Notes under the pieces: generated by a model | The model's input: the letters and a program-made list of their open reading frames with translations, nothing else | Told to the model about the DNA's origin: nothing | Databases searched by the model: none | From: Squalus acanthias | Taxonomy: Eukaryota | Length of the DNA stretch: 64,000 nucleotides | Direction: 5' to 3' | Assembly: GCA_030390025.1 (NCBI GenBank) | Contig: CM059432.1 | Location: 39,930,001 to 39,994,000, forward strand | Position numbers and translations under genes: made by a program | Shown here: in pieces, positions 13,201 through 25,959 of the stretch | Layout: each line of letters begins with the position of its first letter | Numbering within the stretch: the first letter of the stretch is position 1

Positions 13201-13563
13201 AAAGGTTTTGATAGAGTAGACACAGGGAGAGTGTTTCCACTTGTGGGGAAGAGCAAAACTAGAGGTCAACAATATAAGATAGTCACCAAGAAATCAAATA
13301 GGAAATTTAGAAGAAACTTCTTTACCCAGAGAGTGGTGAGAATGTGGAACTCACTACCACAAGGAGTGGTTGAAGCAAATAGTACAGATGCATTTAAGGA
13401 GAAGCTAGATAAGCATATGAGAGAGAGGGAAATAGAGGGTTATGCTGATAGAGTTAGATGAGGAAGGAGGGGAAGAGGCTCGAGTGGAGCATAAATGCCA
13501 GCATGGAATGGTTGGGCCGAGTGGCCTATTTCTGTGCTGTTTATTCTATGTAATTCTATGTAA
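10290..13563 (+). mobile_element. Older CR1 LINE (ORF2 remnant plus 3' end), split by the insertion at 10581-12070
   Basis: gaggataaa...cctggtccagatgg is continuous across the insertion; KFADD, RPHLEYCVQF, FFTQRVVRMWNSLP; (attctatgta)n tail at about 13543-13563. Confidence 0.85.
10581..12070 (+). mobile_element. 5'-truncated CR1-group LINE, same family as 14054-17468
   Basis: ALDIKAAFDRVWHQG, GVPQGSVLGPTIFSCFINDL, ADD, SPLAWMSAA; family 3' tail and A-rich end. Confidence 0.92.
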
Positions 13564-16500
13564 AGAAATTATCTAATCAGTGACCATTAAATGTGTCTTT
13601 TTTTTTAAAATGTTCCCTTATCTGAAAATGTTTGAAAATTCTTAGAAAGGTTTTTCGGAGGATGTCTATAATATGCAATCGGTACCAGTGCTAACTTCAG
13701 CTATTTCTCTTCAATGCCTAACTAACATTGAAGTGTTTATTTAAAAACGGCTTACACTGCCATCTAGCAGCTGGAACTGGAAAAGATAGTGGCTATTAAT
13801 TAATGTTGACAAATAATGTGCCAAACTAATGTTTTCAGATTTTTTTTTAATGGGGAAGTATTTGCATCTCCTGAAAATCCCAAAAATAAATTGATAATGG
13901 AAATGAAGCTCTCACAAATTCTATATAGGCAGTTTATGCTGGCCTAATAGATCCAATGGAAAATAGCACCTGAACTAGTGCAGTGGGGAGCCAGTGAATG
14001 GAATATTCTCCACCAGTACATTGGCAGGAATAAACCCACCAGTCAGAAGATCTTTTTTTTTCATTCACGGATTGTGGGCGTCGTTGCCAAGGCTAGCATT
14101 TATTGTCCATCACTACTTCTCCTTGAGAAGGTGGAGGTGAGCCGCCTTCTTGAACCGCTGTAGTCCGTGTGGTGAAGGTACTCCCACAGTGCTGTTGGGG
14201 AGGGAGTTCCAGGATTTTGACCCAGCGATGATGAAGGATCAGCGATATAGTTCCAAGTCAGGATGGTGTGTGACTTGGAGGAGAACTTGGAGGTGGTGGT
14301 GTTCCCATGCGCCTGCTGCCCTTGTCCTTCGAGGTGGTAGAGGCCGTGGGTTTGGGAAGTGCTGTCGAAGAAGCCTTGGCGAGTTGCTGCAGTGCATCTT
14401 GTAGATGGTACACACTGCAGCCACGATGCACTGGTGGTGGAGGGAGTGAATGTTTAAGGTGGTGGATGGGGTGCCAATCAAGCGGGCTGCTTTGTCCTGG
14501 ATGGTGTCGAGCTTCTTGGGTGTTGTTGGAGCTGCACTCATCCAGGCAAGTGGAGGGTATTCCATCACACTACTGACTTGTGCATTGTAGATAGTGGAAA
14601 GGCTTTGTGGAGTCAGGAGGTGAGACACTCACCACAGAATACCCAGCTGCTGGCCTGCTCTTGGAGCCACAGTATCTATGTGGCTGATCCAGTTAAGTTT
14701 CTGGTCAATGGTGATTCCCCCAGGATATTGATGGTGGGGATTTAACGATGGTAATCCCATTGAATGTCAAAGGGAGGTGGTTAGACTTTTTGTTGTTGGA
14801 AATGGTCATTGCCTGGTACTTATGTGACACGAATGTTACTTGCCACTCAGCTCAAGCCTGAATGTTGTCCAGGTCTTGCTGCAAGTGTGCACGGACTGCT
14901 TCATTATCTGAGGAGTTGCAAATGGAACTGAACACTGTGCAATCATCAGCGAATATCCCCACTTCTGATCTTACGATGGAGGGAAAGTCATTGAGGAAGC
15001 AGCTGAAGATGGTTGAGCCTAGAACACTGCCTTGAGGAACTCCTGCAGCGATGTCCTGGGACTGAGATGATTGGCCTCCAACAACCACAACCATCTTCCT
15101 TTGTGCTAGGTATGACTCCAGACAGTGAAGAGTTTTTCCCTGATTCCCATTGACTTCAATTTTACTAGGGCTCCTTGATGCCACATTCCGTCAAATGCTG
15201 CCTTGATGTCAAGGGCAGTCACTCTCACGTCACCTCTGGAATTCAGCTCTTTTTTCCATGTTTTGACCAAGGCTGTAATGAGGTCTGGAGCCAAGTGGTC
15301 CTGGCAGAACCTAAACTGAGCATTGGTGAGCAGGTTATTGGTGAGTAAGTGATGCTTGATAGCACTGTCAGTAACACCTTCCATCACTTTGCTGATGATT
15401 GAGAGTAGACTGCTGTGGCGGTAATTGGCCAGATTAGATTTGTCTTGCTTTTTGTGGACAGGACATACCTGGGCAATTTTCCACTTTGTCGGTAAATGCC
15501 AGTGTTGTAGCTTTCCTGGAACTGCTTGGCTCGAGGCGCGGCTAGTTCTGGAGCACAAGTCTTCAGCAGTACAGCCGGGATGTTGTCGGGGCCCATAGCG
15601 TTTGCTGTATCCAGTGCGCTCAGCCATTTCTTGATGTTACGCGGAGTGAATCGAATTGGCTGAAGACTGGCTTCTGTGATGGTGGGGACCTCAGGAGGAG
15701 GCCGAGATGGATCATCCACTCGGCACTTCTGGCTGAAGATGGTTGCAAATGCTTCAGCCTTGTCTTTTGCACTCACGTGCTGGGCTCCACCATCATTGAT
15801 GGTGGGGATGTCATGGAGCCTCCTCCTCCCGGTAGTTGTTTAATTGTCCACCAACATTCACGACTGGATGTAGCAGGACTGCTAGAGCTTGGATCTGATC
15901 CGTTGGTTGTGGGATCGCCTAGCCCTGTCTATAGCATGCTGCTTCCGCTGTTTAGCATACATGTAGTCCTATGTTGTAGCTTCACCAGGTTGGCACCTCA
16001 TTTTTACATACACCTGGTGATGCTCCTGGCATGCTCTTCTACGCTCCATATTGAACCAGGGTTGGTCCCCTGGCTTGATGGTAATGGTAGAGTGAGGAAT
16101 ATGCCGGGCCATGAGGTTACAGATTGTGGTGGAATACAATTCTGCTGCTGCTGCTGGCCCACAGCGCCTCATGGATGCCCAGTTTTGAGCTGCTAGATCT
16201 ATCCCATTTAGCACAGTGGTAGAACCACACAACATGATGGCGAATGTTCTCAGTGTGAAGACAGGACTTTATCTCCACAAGGACTGTCACTCCTACCAAT
16301 ACTGTCATGGACTGATGCATCTGTGACAGGTAGACTGGTGAGGACGAGGTCAAGTAGGTTTTTCCCTCATGTTGGTTCTCTCACCACCTGCCGCAGGCCC
16401 AGTCTGACAGTTATGTCCTTCAGGACTCGGTCAACTCAGTCAGCAGTGGTGCTACCGAACCACTCTTGGTGATGGACATTGAAGACCCTACCCAGAGTAC

Positions 16501-16895
16501 ATTCTGTGCCCTTGCTACCCTCAGTGCTTCTTCCAAGTGGTGCTAAACTGATTCATCAGCTGAGGGAGAGTGGTAAGTGGTAATTAGCAGGAGGTTTCCT
16601 TGCCCATATTTCACCTGATGCCATGAGACTTCATGGGGTCCGGAGTCAATGTTGAGGACTCCCAGGGCCACTTCCTCCCAACTGTAATGCTGCCACCTCT
16701 GGTTGGACAGGACATACCATGAGATAGTAATGGAGGAGTCTGGGACGTTGCCTGAAAGGTATAATTCTGTGAGTATGACTATATCAGGCTGTTGCTTGAC
16801 TAGTCTGTAGGACAACTCTCCCAATTTTGGCACAAGTCCCCAGATGTTAGTGAGGAGGACTTTGCAAGGTCAACTGGGCTGGGTGTGTCTTTGCC

Positions 16896-17058
16896 CAATG
16901 GTCCCGTTAAGCCGCGCGGCCACGCAGCACTCTGGAGGTCCTGTGCAGGCCACTCACCGGCTTTACAATCGAAAAACCGCACCTGCGCAGTAATTTGAAT
17001 GGGTCACGCAGCCCGTTAAGGGAGCTGCACGTCCCCCAAAAAATTAGAGGGTACATTG
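16896..17058. mobile_element. hAT-type MITE inserted into the LINE 5' region
   Basis: TIRs CAATGGTCCCGTTAA / TTAGAGGGTACATTG; imperfect 8-bp TSD tctttgcc / cctttgtc. Confidence 0.75.
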
Positions 17059-17384
17059 CCTTTGTCATGTCCGAATCCGGTGCCTAGTTTGATGCCTGGT
17101 GATCCATCCAGTTTTATTCTTATTACAGTTTTTCGTCATGGTTTTGATACAACTGAGTGGCTTGCGAGGCCATTCAAGGGCAGTTAAGAGTCAACCACAT
17201 TGCTGTGGGTCTGGAGTCACATATGGGCCAGACCGGGTAAGGACGGCAGATTTCTTCCCTAAAGCAGTGAACCAGATGGGTTTTTACGACAATCCAGTAG
17301 TTTCATGATCACCATTACTGAAACTAGCTTTTTATTCCAGATTTATTTAATTAATTAAACATAAGTTCCCCCTGCTGCCGTGGT

Positions 17385-17468
17385 GGAATTTGAACTCGTG
17401 TTTCCAGTTCCTTCATCCAGGCCTTTGGATTGCTAGTCCAATAACATAACCACTATGCTACCGTACCC
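17385..17468 (-). promoter_or_regulatory. tRNA-derived internal Pol III promoter (A box 17450-17462, B box 17385-17397)
   Basis: Minus strand reads GGTACGGTAGCATAGTGGTT...GAGTTCAAATTCCACC, matching type 2 A/B box consensus at tRNA-like spacing. Confidence 0.75.
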
Positions 17469-18376
17469 TTAGTAAGTATAATCTCAGTGCCGAGATTATA
17501 CTTACGAAGCAGATTTTTTGCTATTAACTAAAGTGCACAGGTGACTTAAACGAGTTAGCCAGGAGCATTTTAACTTCCCCTTCTGAAACTAGACTCTGAG
17601 CTGGATCTCTACAGCTCTTAGTCAACAGGGTCATTTTATGAATCTACTCTGCCAGTAGGGAGCCTCGCCCGCTGGCAGCACGCAACAGATATGCAGGCAA
17701 GTGCTGCCCACTATTTTTCAACCGTTTAACATTAATCTTCATCCAAAACAGATTATAATTCAGTCAAATTCATAATTATTATGAATCCCCCAATTTGTTC
17801 TTATTAGTAGAGAGAAACAGGTGATGTACTGGATCAGGTGGCCCAATGAGCTCAAAACGTAATTTGGTGAATTCTCCTTATTTCTATTTTTAAGTTAAAG
17901 GGTAGATGATCCATGTCCTCACACCCAATGGGAGGCTTTACACATTCCAAATCCACACCTGAAAATCATGGTCCAGCTGCATGTGATTTTCTGATGTGCA
18001 CTTATTTGCATACAAGCACTCAAGTCTACTTTTCTGTCTATTTTTATACATCATGAGATGTTTGCAGAACTATGGAAGATTTGCTACGTGTCACAGAATT
18101 GTAAATTGCAAAATTGCATTTTGATAATTGCAGTGTATCTGGTGGCCAGAAGAAATCAGTCCCTGCTGTTTGCACTGGAGAGAAGAAGAATGAGAGGGAA
18201 GTCATGATCCACATTGATAAAATGCTAAAACTCATGCATAATGTAGATGCAGGCGACTTATTTAACTTGAACAGTGAGCATCAAACTTGAGGACTCTAGG
18301 TACAAAATTAATAAGCCTCAAGCATTACGAGAGATTAAAAACAATTTGCCCTCCCACAGAGTGACAGAGACACTCA

Positions 18377-20700
18377 GGCCCTGAAATTGGATGGGGCCTA
18401 CTCCACCAGCATAAGGGCAGCTAAATAGAACCCCCGTCCGGCTGCCACTGAGGCTGAAGGCTGGAAAAAAGAACAAGGTAAGTGAATGTTTTGTTCCTAA
18501 GGAAGCAATTTATGGGCATTTCATAGGTAATCAATCTCCTCCAGGATTGATTACCTTTGTCGCTGGAACTTCTGGAACCTTTTCTGGGCCTCAGCAAATC
18601 GCACATCAGCTCTCAGCTGGCATGAGCTCTCAGCTGAGACCTTATAAGGACGAAATGGGCAGAATTTACCAGGGGGAAACTCAGGAACCTTCCTTTTGAC
18701 ATGAGGGGAAGCAAGGGGACTTTTTGCCCCTGGTCCCCCTATCAGAATTTCAAGGGGCATTACAAATGTTGCAGAAACCTGGTATAAATGAGTTCTGCCC
18801 CAAATTCTTGTCCCCCCTCCCCCTCCACCAGATGCACACTGAAATCACTATCCATCCCTCGGAATTTTCAGCCCCTGGTAAAAGCAGCTAAACTGGGCTA
18901 AAATTTCCACCACTGGGAACATTTCTACCAGAGCATATTGGGTGTGTGAGGACTGGTAAATTGGATGTTCTGTAAATGCACACACCCAAACCCAGGGATG
19001 TCTTATAGTACAGCGCCACCAGGGTCCTTCAAGGTTATCATTGTCTGCTGTGTGCTGAATAACGTTGCCATCCAAATGAAGGTCCGTCCACAGAAAAGGC
19101 ACATAAGGACAATGACAATGACCCTGAAGATGTCAAACAGCCAGGAAGAGTAGTATGCCAGGCTCATATAGAGGAGGCATTTACCTAAGTACCTGAGCTA
19201 AGTTTCTGTACACATAAGCAGTAATGCAATGCACTATCGCCAACATTTTCCTCTGTGCTACTTCAACTATTATGGATGGCCATCCTTTGAACTGCAGTTA
19301 TTTTATTCTGCACCATCAGAAAGAAACTGTCTGGGCAAAGTTGAAATTAACTCCAACCTTTATTTGCTGGTGATACTCAACAGGTGAGGTAGCATCTGTG
19401 GAGAGAGAATCTGAGTTAACATTTCAGGTCATTGACCTGAAACATTAACTCTGTTTTTCTCTCTCCACGGATGCTGCCTGACCTGCTGAGTGTTTCCAGC
19501 ATTTTCCGTTCTTATTTCAGATTTCCAGCATCCGCAGTATTTTGCTTTTGCAATCATTATTTCCCTGTTAGTGAAGTGTGTTTAGTGACACTATATAGTT
19601 TGTATCTTTTAAAGCCTATCCTATTACTCTGGTAGGTGCTTCCCCAGTGGAAGGAATAAATGAGGGCCTAACTGATCAATCTCAGTGGGAGCTCTGTGGC
19701 ACTGAGGGGTTAGATGGGCCAGATATGGCATCGCCCTGAGAGACAGGGGACTCATCTGCTTCTAGTGTAGCCATGTCTCTCCTGCTGGATGTGCCCTCAT
19801 CATATCCTTTGATTTGCCTGGGAGCAGACCTTTAGGCAGCAGTGGAGTTAGTGAAGCCCTGTTTCATTACTCTCTCCATCTGATCCCCCAGCATTTTGAG
19901 CCTGTTGCACATTAAAGCCCAGGGCCTCCGTAGCAGCAGTGTAACCATTCATGAGAATTTAATCCCACAACACTTGGGGACTGTTCCTATTGGGACTCTG
20001 CTACAGATGCCTATGGAGTTGTTATGTGCTCCATGGTGGACTGAAGTGCTGATAAGCAAGCGCAACTACACGGATGCAGCTAATGGTCTGCTCCACAATC
20101 ATCGTCACACCTTGCAGAATGCTTTGGACGACTTCAAATAACTTCTCAGACACTTACCTTCATCTATAAAAATATTCTGTAACATTCAAAGCCTTTGACT
20201 CAACAGCCAAGGAAGGATATGACCTGACACTCCAGTCAGCAGGTTCTTGGTCCTTCTCAACCCATACTACTTGCTTTTTCTCTCTTGTCTTCATTGTTTC
20301 ATCTGGTGCTGCTTCCTCAGCTTCACTATTTACTTGTGCTGATGCTTGTGACAGAATGAATGAGTGCAGGGTGCTGTGATATTCTAGTTAATACAGGCCA
20401 CTGGCATTTTAGTCTGTTTCTTGGAAAACACATCCTAGAATGCTGCCTGCATGAATCTGCTTCAATAGTATTTACAAACGATAATGATATGCTTGAGAGA
20501 ATGAATGAGTGTGACTGAGCAAGTGAAGTGAACAAGTAGGTGAGTGGGAGGAGAAGAACATAACAAGAGTACAGTGGTACTAGCATTGAGATTAGGGTGG
20601 CCATCAAATTCTTTCTATGCTCGCCAATCATTTTGAGCATCACCTCTTTAAAGGGGTTCAATGGCTTGAAATTTCATGGGCCTACTTTCATACAGATGTG
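18377..20700. mobile_element. Heavily decayed Harbinger-derived patches
   Basis: TIR-like GGCCCTGAAATT (18377) and GGGCTAAAATTTCC (18895); KVIIVCCVLNNVAI (ORF 18965-19153) resembles the transposase C-terminal VVCCMLHN motif. Confidence 0.45.
19365..19552. mobile_element. Penelope-type terminal hairpin repeat with centre deleted
   Basis: Inverted repeat gcatctgtggagagag...gttaacatttcaggtca / tgacctgaaacattaactc...ctccacggatgctg; same family as 20801-21022. Confidence 0.7.
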
Positions 20701-20800
20701 CTCCTTTCTGTTACATGCTACCTTGTCTTACAAAGAGAGATGTTGGAAGTGTCAGAAGCACTTACAGTGATACCCAAGTACCAAAGTTCTCTGATACAAT

Positions 20801-21022
20801 AGCAAAATACTGCGGATGCTGGAAATCTGAAATAACAGAAAACGCTGGAAACACCCAGCAGGACAGGCAGCATCCGTGGAGAGAGAAACAGAGTCAACGC
20901 TTCAGGTCTGTGACCCTTCATCAGAACTGTTCTGACGAAGGGTCACAGACCTGAAGCGTTGACTCTGTTTCTCTTCCATGGATGCTGCCTGGCCTACTGG
21001 ATGTTTCCAGAGTTTTCTGTTA
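20801..21022. mobile_element. Penelope-type inverted terminal repeat with 15-bp TSD and hammerhead-like core
   Basis: Long inverted repeat centred near 20928; direct repeat TACCAAAGTTCTCTG at 20779-20793 and 21023-21037; CTGACGA-stem-GAAG at 20932-20956. Confidence 0.75.
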
Positions 21023-22029
21023 TACCAAAGTTCTCTGGGTGCTTTATGTAGGGTAGCAGTCAGTATCTAACAACTTGTGAAGCAACACTTTATGGGATAT
21101 ATACTTTGCCTACCTATTTAGTATAAGGTACTGGTGGATAATCTCATTTTGGCAGATTTTTCAGCTCAGCATTTTCATATCTATGTCCTCCAGATATTGT
21201 AGACACCTTTGTGCTATCCCTCATGCTTTCTGCACCACTCTCCTGTTGAGATAGTGTTCCGGAGTGCCAAAAAGGGCAACCCTCCTCTTACCCATTCCTG
21301 AAGTAGCAGCTTCATGTGAATGTGTGCTTCACGGCCATTGGTCCATAAATTGACCAGAAATGATGAATACAATCTTTTGGAAGGAAAAGCAAACTTCCCT
21401 ATAAATGGCTACTTCAGCCCTTTAAGTAACCGCAACACTGCTAAAAATCCCACTCCCCACTCTGCAAGCTCCTAGTGTTCGGCAGGGGATTGCAATATGT
21501 TAATGATCCAGAACTAGAGATTGCAGTGAGAACAGCCTTGTTGATTGTGTATAGGCACAGAGCTCTAGGCACCCTGTGCTCACTTCAGGAAATGTACCTT
21601 ACTGTGTCAGTTAAGATTTTTATAAAGATCAGGATAAATATCTGTTAAGGAATTCAGTTGAAGGTTATCAGGTTAAATAGAAATAGAGATGATTAAGTTT
21701 TGGTTGTTGATTTGTTGGGAGTATTACAATGTCACATCAAAGAAAGCAATCAATCAAGTATGAATAATATAAACTGAAAGAGGAAGAGGAAGCAGCTGAT
21801 TGGGTGAGTACGGCCAGGTGAGTATTTATACTACTCTATAGTTTGACAGTGAAGGTTAATAGTTTAGAAAGTTTAGAAGGTCTTAATTTTGTGGTTATAG
21901 TTTCTAAGGTCTCTGTTGTGTAGCGGGGAGTGCTAGTAAACAAGGGCCCTTGAGTATAACATTTAATTGTAGTGTAATTGGTGGTATTGATTTGATTTAA
22001 TTTAATTTAAATTAATTAAAGGGTAAGTC

Positions 22030-22982
22030 ATGGCAGCACAGCTCGGCCCTGTGGTATGCTCCTCCTGCGCTATGTGGGAAATCAGGGACACTTCCTGTGT
22101 CCCTGACTCCCATGTGTGCAGGAAGTGTATCCAGCTGCAGCTACTGGCAGACCGCATTGCGGCACTGGAGCTGTGAATGGATGCATACTGGAGCATTCGC
22201 GATGCTGAGGACGTCGTGGATATCACGTTTAATGAGTTGGTCACACCGCAGGTAAAGGCTGCACAGGCAGGAAGGGAATGGGTGACCACCAGGCAGAGTA
22301 GTAGGCGCAGGCAGGTAGTGCAGGGGTCCCCTGTGGCCATCCCCCTCTCAAACAGATATACCACTTTGGATATTGTTGAGGGGGATGGCTTATCGGGGTA
22401 ATGCAGCAGCAACCAACTTCCTGGCACCATGGGTGGTTCTGCTGCACAGGAGGGGAGGAAAAAGAGCGGGAGAGCTATAGTGATAGGGGATTCTATTGTA
22501 AGGGGAATAGATAGGCGTTTCTGCGGCCACAAACGAGACTCCAGGATGGTATGTTGCCTCCCTGGTGCAAGGGTCAAGGTTGTCTCGGAGCGGCTGCAGG
22601 GCATTCTGGAGGGGGAGGGTGAACAGCCAGTTGTCGTGGTGCATATAGGTACCAACGATATAGGTAAAAAATGGGATGAGGTCCTAAAAGCTGAATATAG
22701 GGAGTTAGGAGGTAAATTAAAAAATAGAACCTCAAAGGTAGTAATCTCAGGATTGCTACCAGTGCCTGCGTACTAGTCAGAGTAGAAATAGAAGGATATA
22801 TCAGATGAATACATGGCTAGAAGAATGGTGCAAGGGGGACGGATTCAAATTCCTGGGACATTGGAACCGGTTCTGGGGGAGGTGGGACCAGTACAAACTG
22901 GACGGTTTGCACCTGGGCAGGACCGGGACCGATGTCCTAGGGGGAGTGTTTGCTGGTGCTGTTGGGGAGGGTTTAAACTAAA
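22030..22982 (+). pseudogene. CR1 ORF1 (Cys zinc-knuckle/leucine zipper plus SGNH esterase), disrupted
   Basis: MAAQLGPVVCSSCAMW...HVCRKC; IGDSIVRG, HIGTND, DGLH; in-frame stops (e.g. 22174-22176) and frameshifts. Confidence 0.85.
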
Positions 22983-23159
22983 ATGGCAGGGGGTTGGGAA
23001 CCTGTGCAAGGAGACAGAGGAAAGGGAAGCAAGGATAGAAACACAAGACAGGAAGGAGAAAAGCAAAAGTGGAAGGCAGAGAAATCAAGGGTGTAAATCA
23101 AACATGGCCACAGTAAACAATAATTCTAAATGGTCTAAGAGTGTTAAAAAAACAAGCCT

Positions 23160-25959
23160 GAAGGCTCTGTGTCTTAAAGCATTCATAATAAGGTGGATGA
23201 ATTAGCTGTGCAAATAGATGTAAATGGATATGATATAATTGGGATTACGGAGACATGGCTCCAGGGTGACCAAGGCTGGGAATTCAACATCCAGGGGTAT
23301 TCAATATTCAGGAAGGACAGGCAAAAAGGAAAAGGAGGTGGGGTAGCATTGCTGGTTAAAGAGGAGATAAACACAATAGTATGGAAGGGTATTAGTTCTG
23401 ATGATGTGGAATCTGTATGGGTAGAGCTGCGAAATACCAAGGGGCAGAAAACATTAGTGGGAGTTGTATACAGACCCCCAAACAGTAATGCTGAGGTTGG
23501 GGATGGCATTAAACGGGAAATTAGAGATGCATGCAATAAGGGCACAGCAGTTATCATGGGTGACTTTAATCTACATATAGATTGGGCTGACCAAATTAGT
23601 AACAATACTGTGGAGGAGGAATTCCTAGAGTGTATACGGGATGGTTTCCTGGACCAATATGTCGAGGAACCAACTAGAGATCAGGCCATCTTAGACTGAG
23701 TATTATGTAATGAGAAAGGATTAATTAGCAATCTTGTTGTGCGAGGACCCTTGGGGAGGAGCGATCATAATATGATAGAATTCTTCATTAAGATGGAGAG
23801 TGATGTAGTTGACTCAGAGACTAGGGTCCTGAATTTAAATAAAGGAAACTACGATGGTATGAGGTGTGAGTTGGCTAGAATGGATTGGGGAACGTTACTT
23901 AAAGGGTTGACGGTGGATAGGCAATGGCAAACATTTAAAGATTGCATGGATGAACTACAGAATTTGTTCATCCCTGTTTGGCATAAAAATAAAACAAAAA
24001 ATGTGACACAACCGTGGCTAACAAGGGAAATTAGGGATAGCATAAGATCCAAGGAGAGGACATATAAATTGGCCAGAAAAAAGCAGCAATCCTGAGGATT
24101 GGGAGCAGTTTAGGATTCAGCAAAGGAGAACAAAGGGATTAATTAAGAGGGGGAAAATAGAGTATGAGAGTAAGCTTTCAGGGAACATAAAAACTGACTG
24201 TAAAAGCTTCTGTAGATATGTGAAGAGAAAAAGATTGGTGAAGTCAAGCGTAGGTCCCTTGCAGTCAGAATCAGGGGAATTTATAATGGGGAACAAAGAA
24301 ATGGCAGACCAATTAAATACATACTTTGGTTCTGTCTTCACAAAGGAGGACACAAATAACCTCCCAGAGATGTCGGGGAACATAGGGTCTAATGAGAGGG
24401 AGGAATTGAATGAAATCACTATTTGTAGGGAAATGGTGTTAGGGAAATTGATGGGATTGAAGGCTGATAAATCCCCAGGGCCTGATAATCTACATCCTAG
24501 GGTACTTAAGGAAGTGGCCCTAGAAATAGTAGATGCATTGCTGGTCATCTTCCAAAATTCTATAGACTCTGGAACAGTTCCCATGGATTGGAGGGTAGCT
24601 AATGTAACCCCACTATTTAAAAAAGGTGGTAGAGAGAAAATGGGGAATTATAGACCAGTAAGCCTGACATCGGTAGTGGGGAAAATGCTAGAGTCCATTA
24701 TAAAAGATGTAATAGCAGAGCACTTGGAAAACAGTGACAGGATCGGACAAAGTCAACATGGATTTACAAAAGGTAAATCATGCTTGACTAATCTACTGGA
24801 ATTTTTTGAGGATGTAACTGGTAGAATAGATAAGGGGGAACCAGTGGATGTGGTGTATTTGGACTTTCAGAAGACTTTCGATAAGGTCCCGCATAAGAGA
24901 TTAGCGTGCAAAGTTAAAGCACATGGGATTGGGGGTAAGGTACTGTCTTGAATAGAAAACTGGTTGGCAGACAGGAAGCAAAGAGTTGGAATAAACGGGT
25001 CTTTTTCCGAGTGGCAGGCAGTGACTAGTGGGGTACCGCAGGGATTGGTGCTAGGACCCCAGTTATTCACAATATATATTAATGATCTAGACGAGGGAAC
25101 TAGATGTGATATCTCCAAGTTTGCAGACGACACAAAGTTGGGTGGGCGTGTGTGCTGTGAGGAGGATGCAGAGAAACTCCAGTATGATTTGGACAGGTTG
25201 GGTGATTGGGCAGATGCATGGCAGATGCAGTATGATGTGGATAAATGCGAGGTTATCCACTTTGGTGGCAAAAACAGGAAGGCAGATTATTATCTGAACG
25301 GCAATAGATTGGGAAAAGGGGAAGTGCAACAAGACCTGGGTGTCCTTGTGCACCAGTCGCTGAAGGTAAGCATGCAGGTGCAGCAGGCGGTTAAGAAGGC
25401 AAATAGTATGTTGGCCTTCATAGCGAGAGGATTCAAGTACAGGAGCAAGGATATCTTGCTGCAGTTGTACAGGGCCTTGGTGAGACCACACCTCGAGTAT
25501 TGTGTGCAGTTTTGGTCGCCTTATCTGAGGAAGGATGTTTTTGCCATGGAGGGAGTGCAGCGAAGATTCACCAGACTGATACCTGGGATGGCTGGAATGA
25601 CATATGAAGAGAGATTGGGTCAATTGGGCTTGTATTCGCTAGAGTTTAGAAGAATGAGAGGGGATCTCATTGAAACTTATAAAATTCTAACAGGACTAGA
25701 CAGACTAGATGCAGGAAGGATGTTCCCAATGGTGGGGGAGTCCAGAACCAAGGGTCACAGTCTAAGGATAGGGGTTAAGCCATTTAGGACTGAGATGAGG
25801 AGGAATTTCTTCACCCAGAGAGTGGTGAACCTGTGGAATTCTCTACCACAGAAGACAGTTGAGGCCAATTCATTAAATATATTCAAGAAGGAGTTAGATA
25901 TATTTCTTAAGGCTAAGGGGATCAAGGGATATGGGGAGAAAGCAGGGACAGGGTACTGA
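23160..25959 (+). pseudogene. CR1 ORF2 (endonuclease plus reverse transcriptase), disrupted
   Basis: ORF pieces 23193-23699, 23739-24095, 24220-24951 and 24964-25959; TGA in place of Trp at 23697 and 24949; a frameshift near 24080. Confidence 0.92.

Larger units (their letters stand above)
14054..17468 (-). mobile_element. Near full-length CR1-group LINE with tRNA-derived head and a single EN-RT ORF (decayed)
   Basis: EN: PKLGELSYRLVKQQPDIVILTE; RT: GPDNIP, ALDIKAAFD, GVPQGSVLG, IFADD; 3' poly-A at 14053-14061; 5' end carries A box GGTAGCATAGTGG and B box GAGTTCAAATTCC. Confidence 0.9.

Noticed and set aside
17385..17468. Functional tRNA gene
   Set aside because: It has A/B boxes but I cannot fold a convincing cloverleaf and there is no downstream T-run terminator; it is the head of a retroelement.
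22002..22655. 217-aa minus-strand ORF
   Set aside because: Antisense to CR1 ORF1 with no independent coding evidence.
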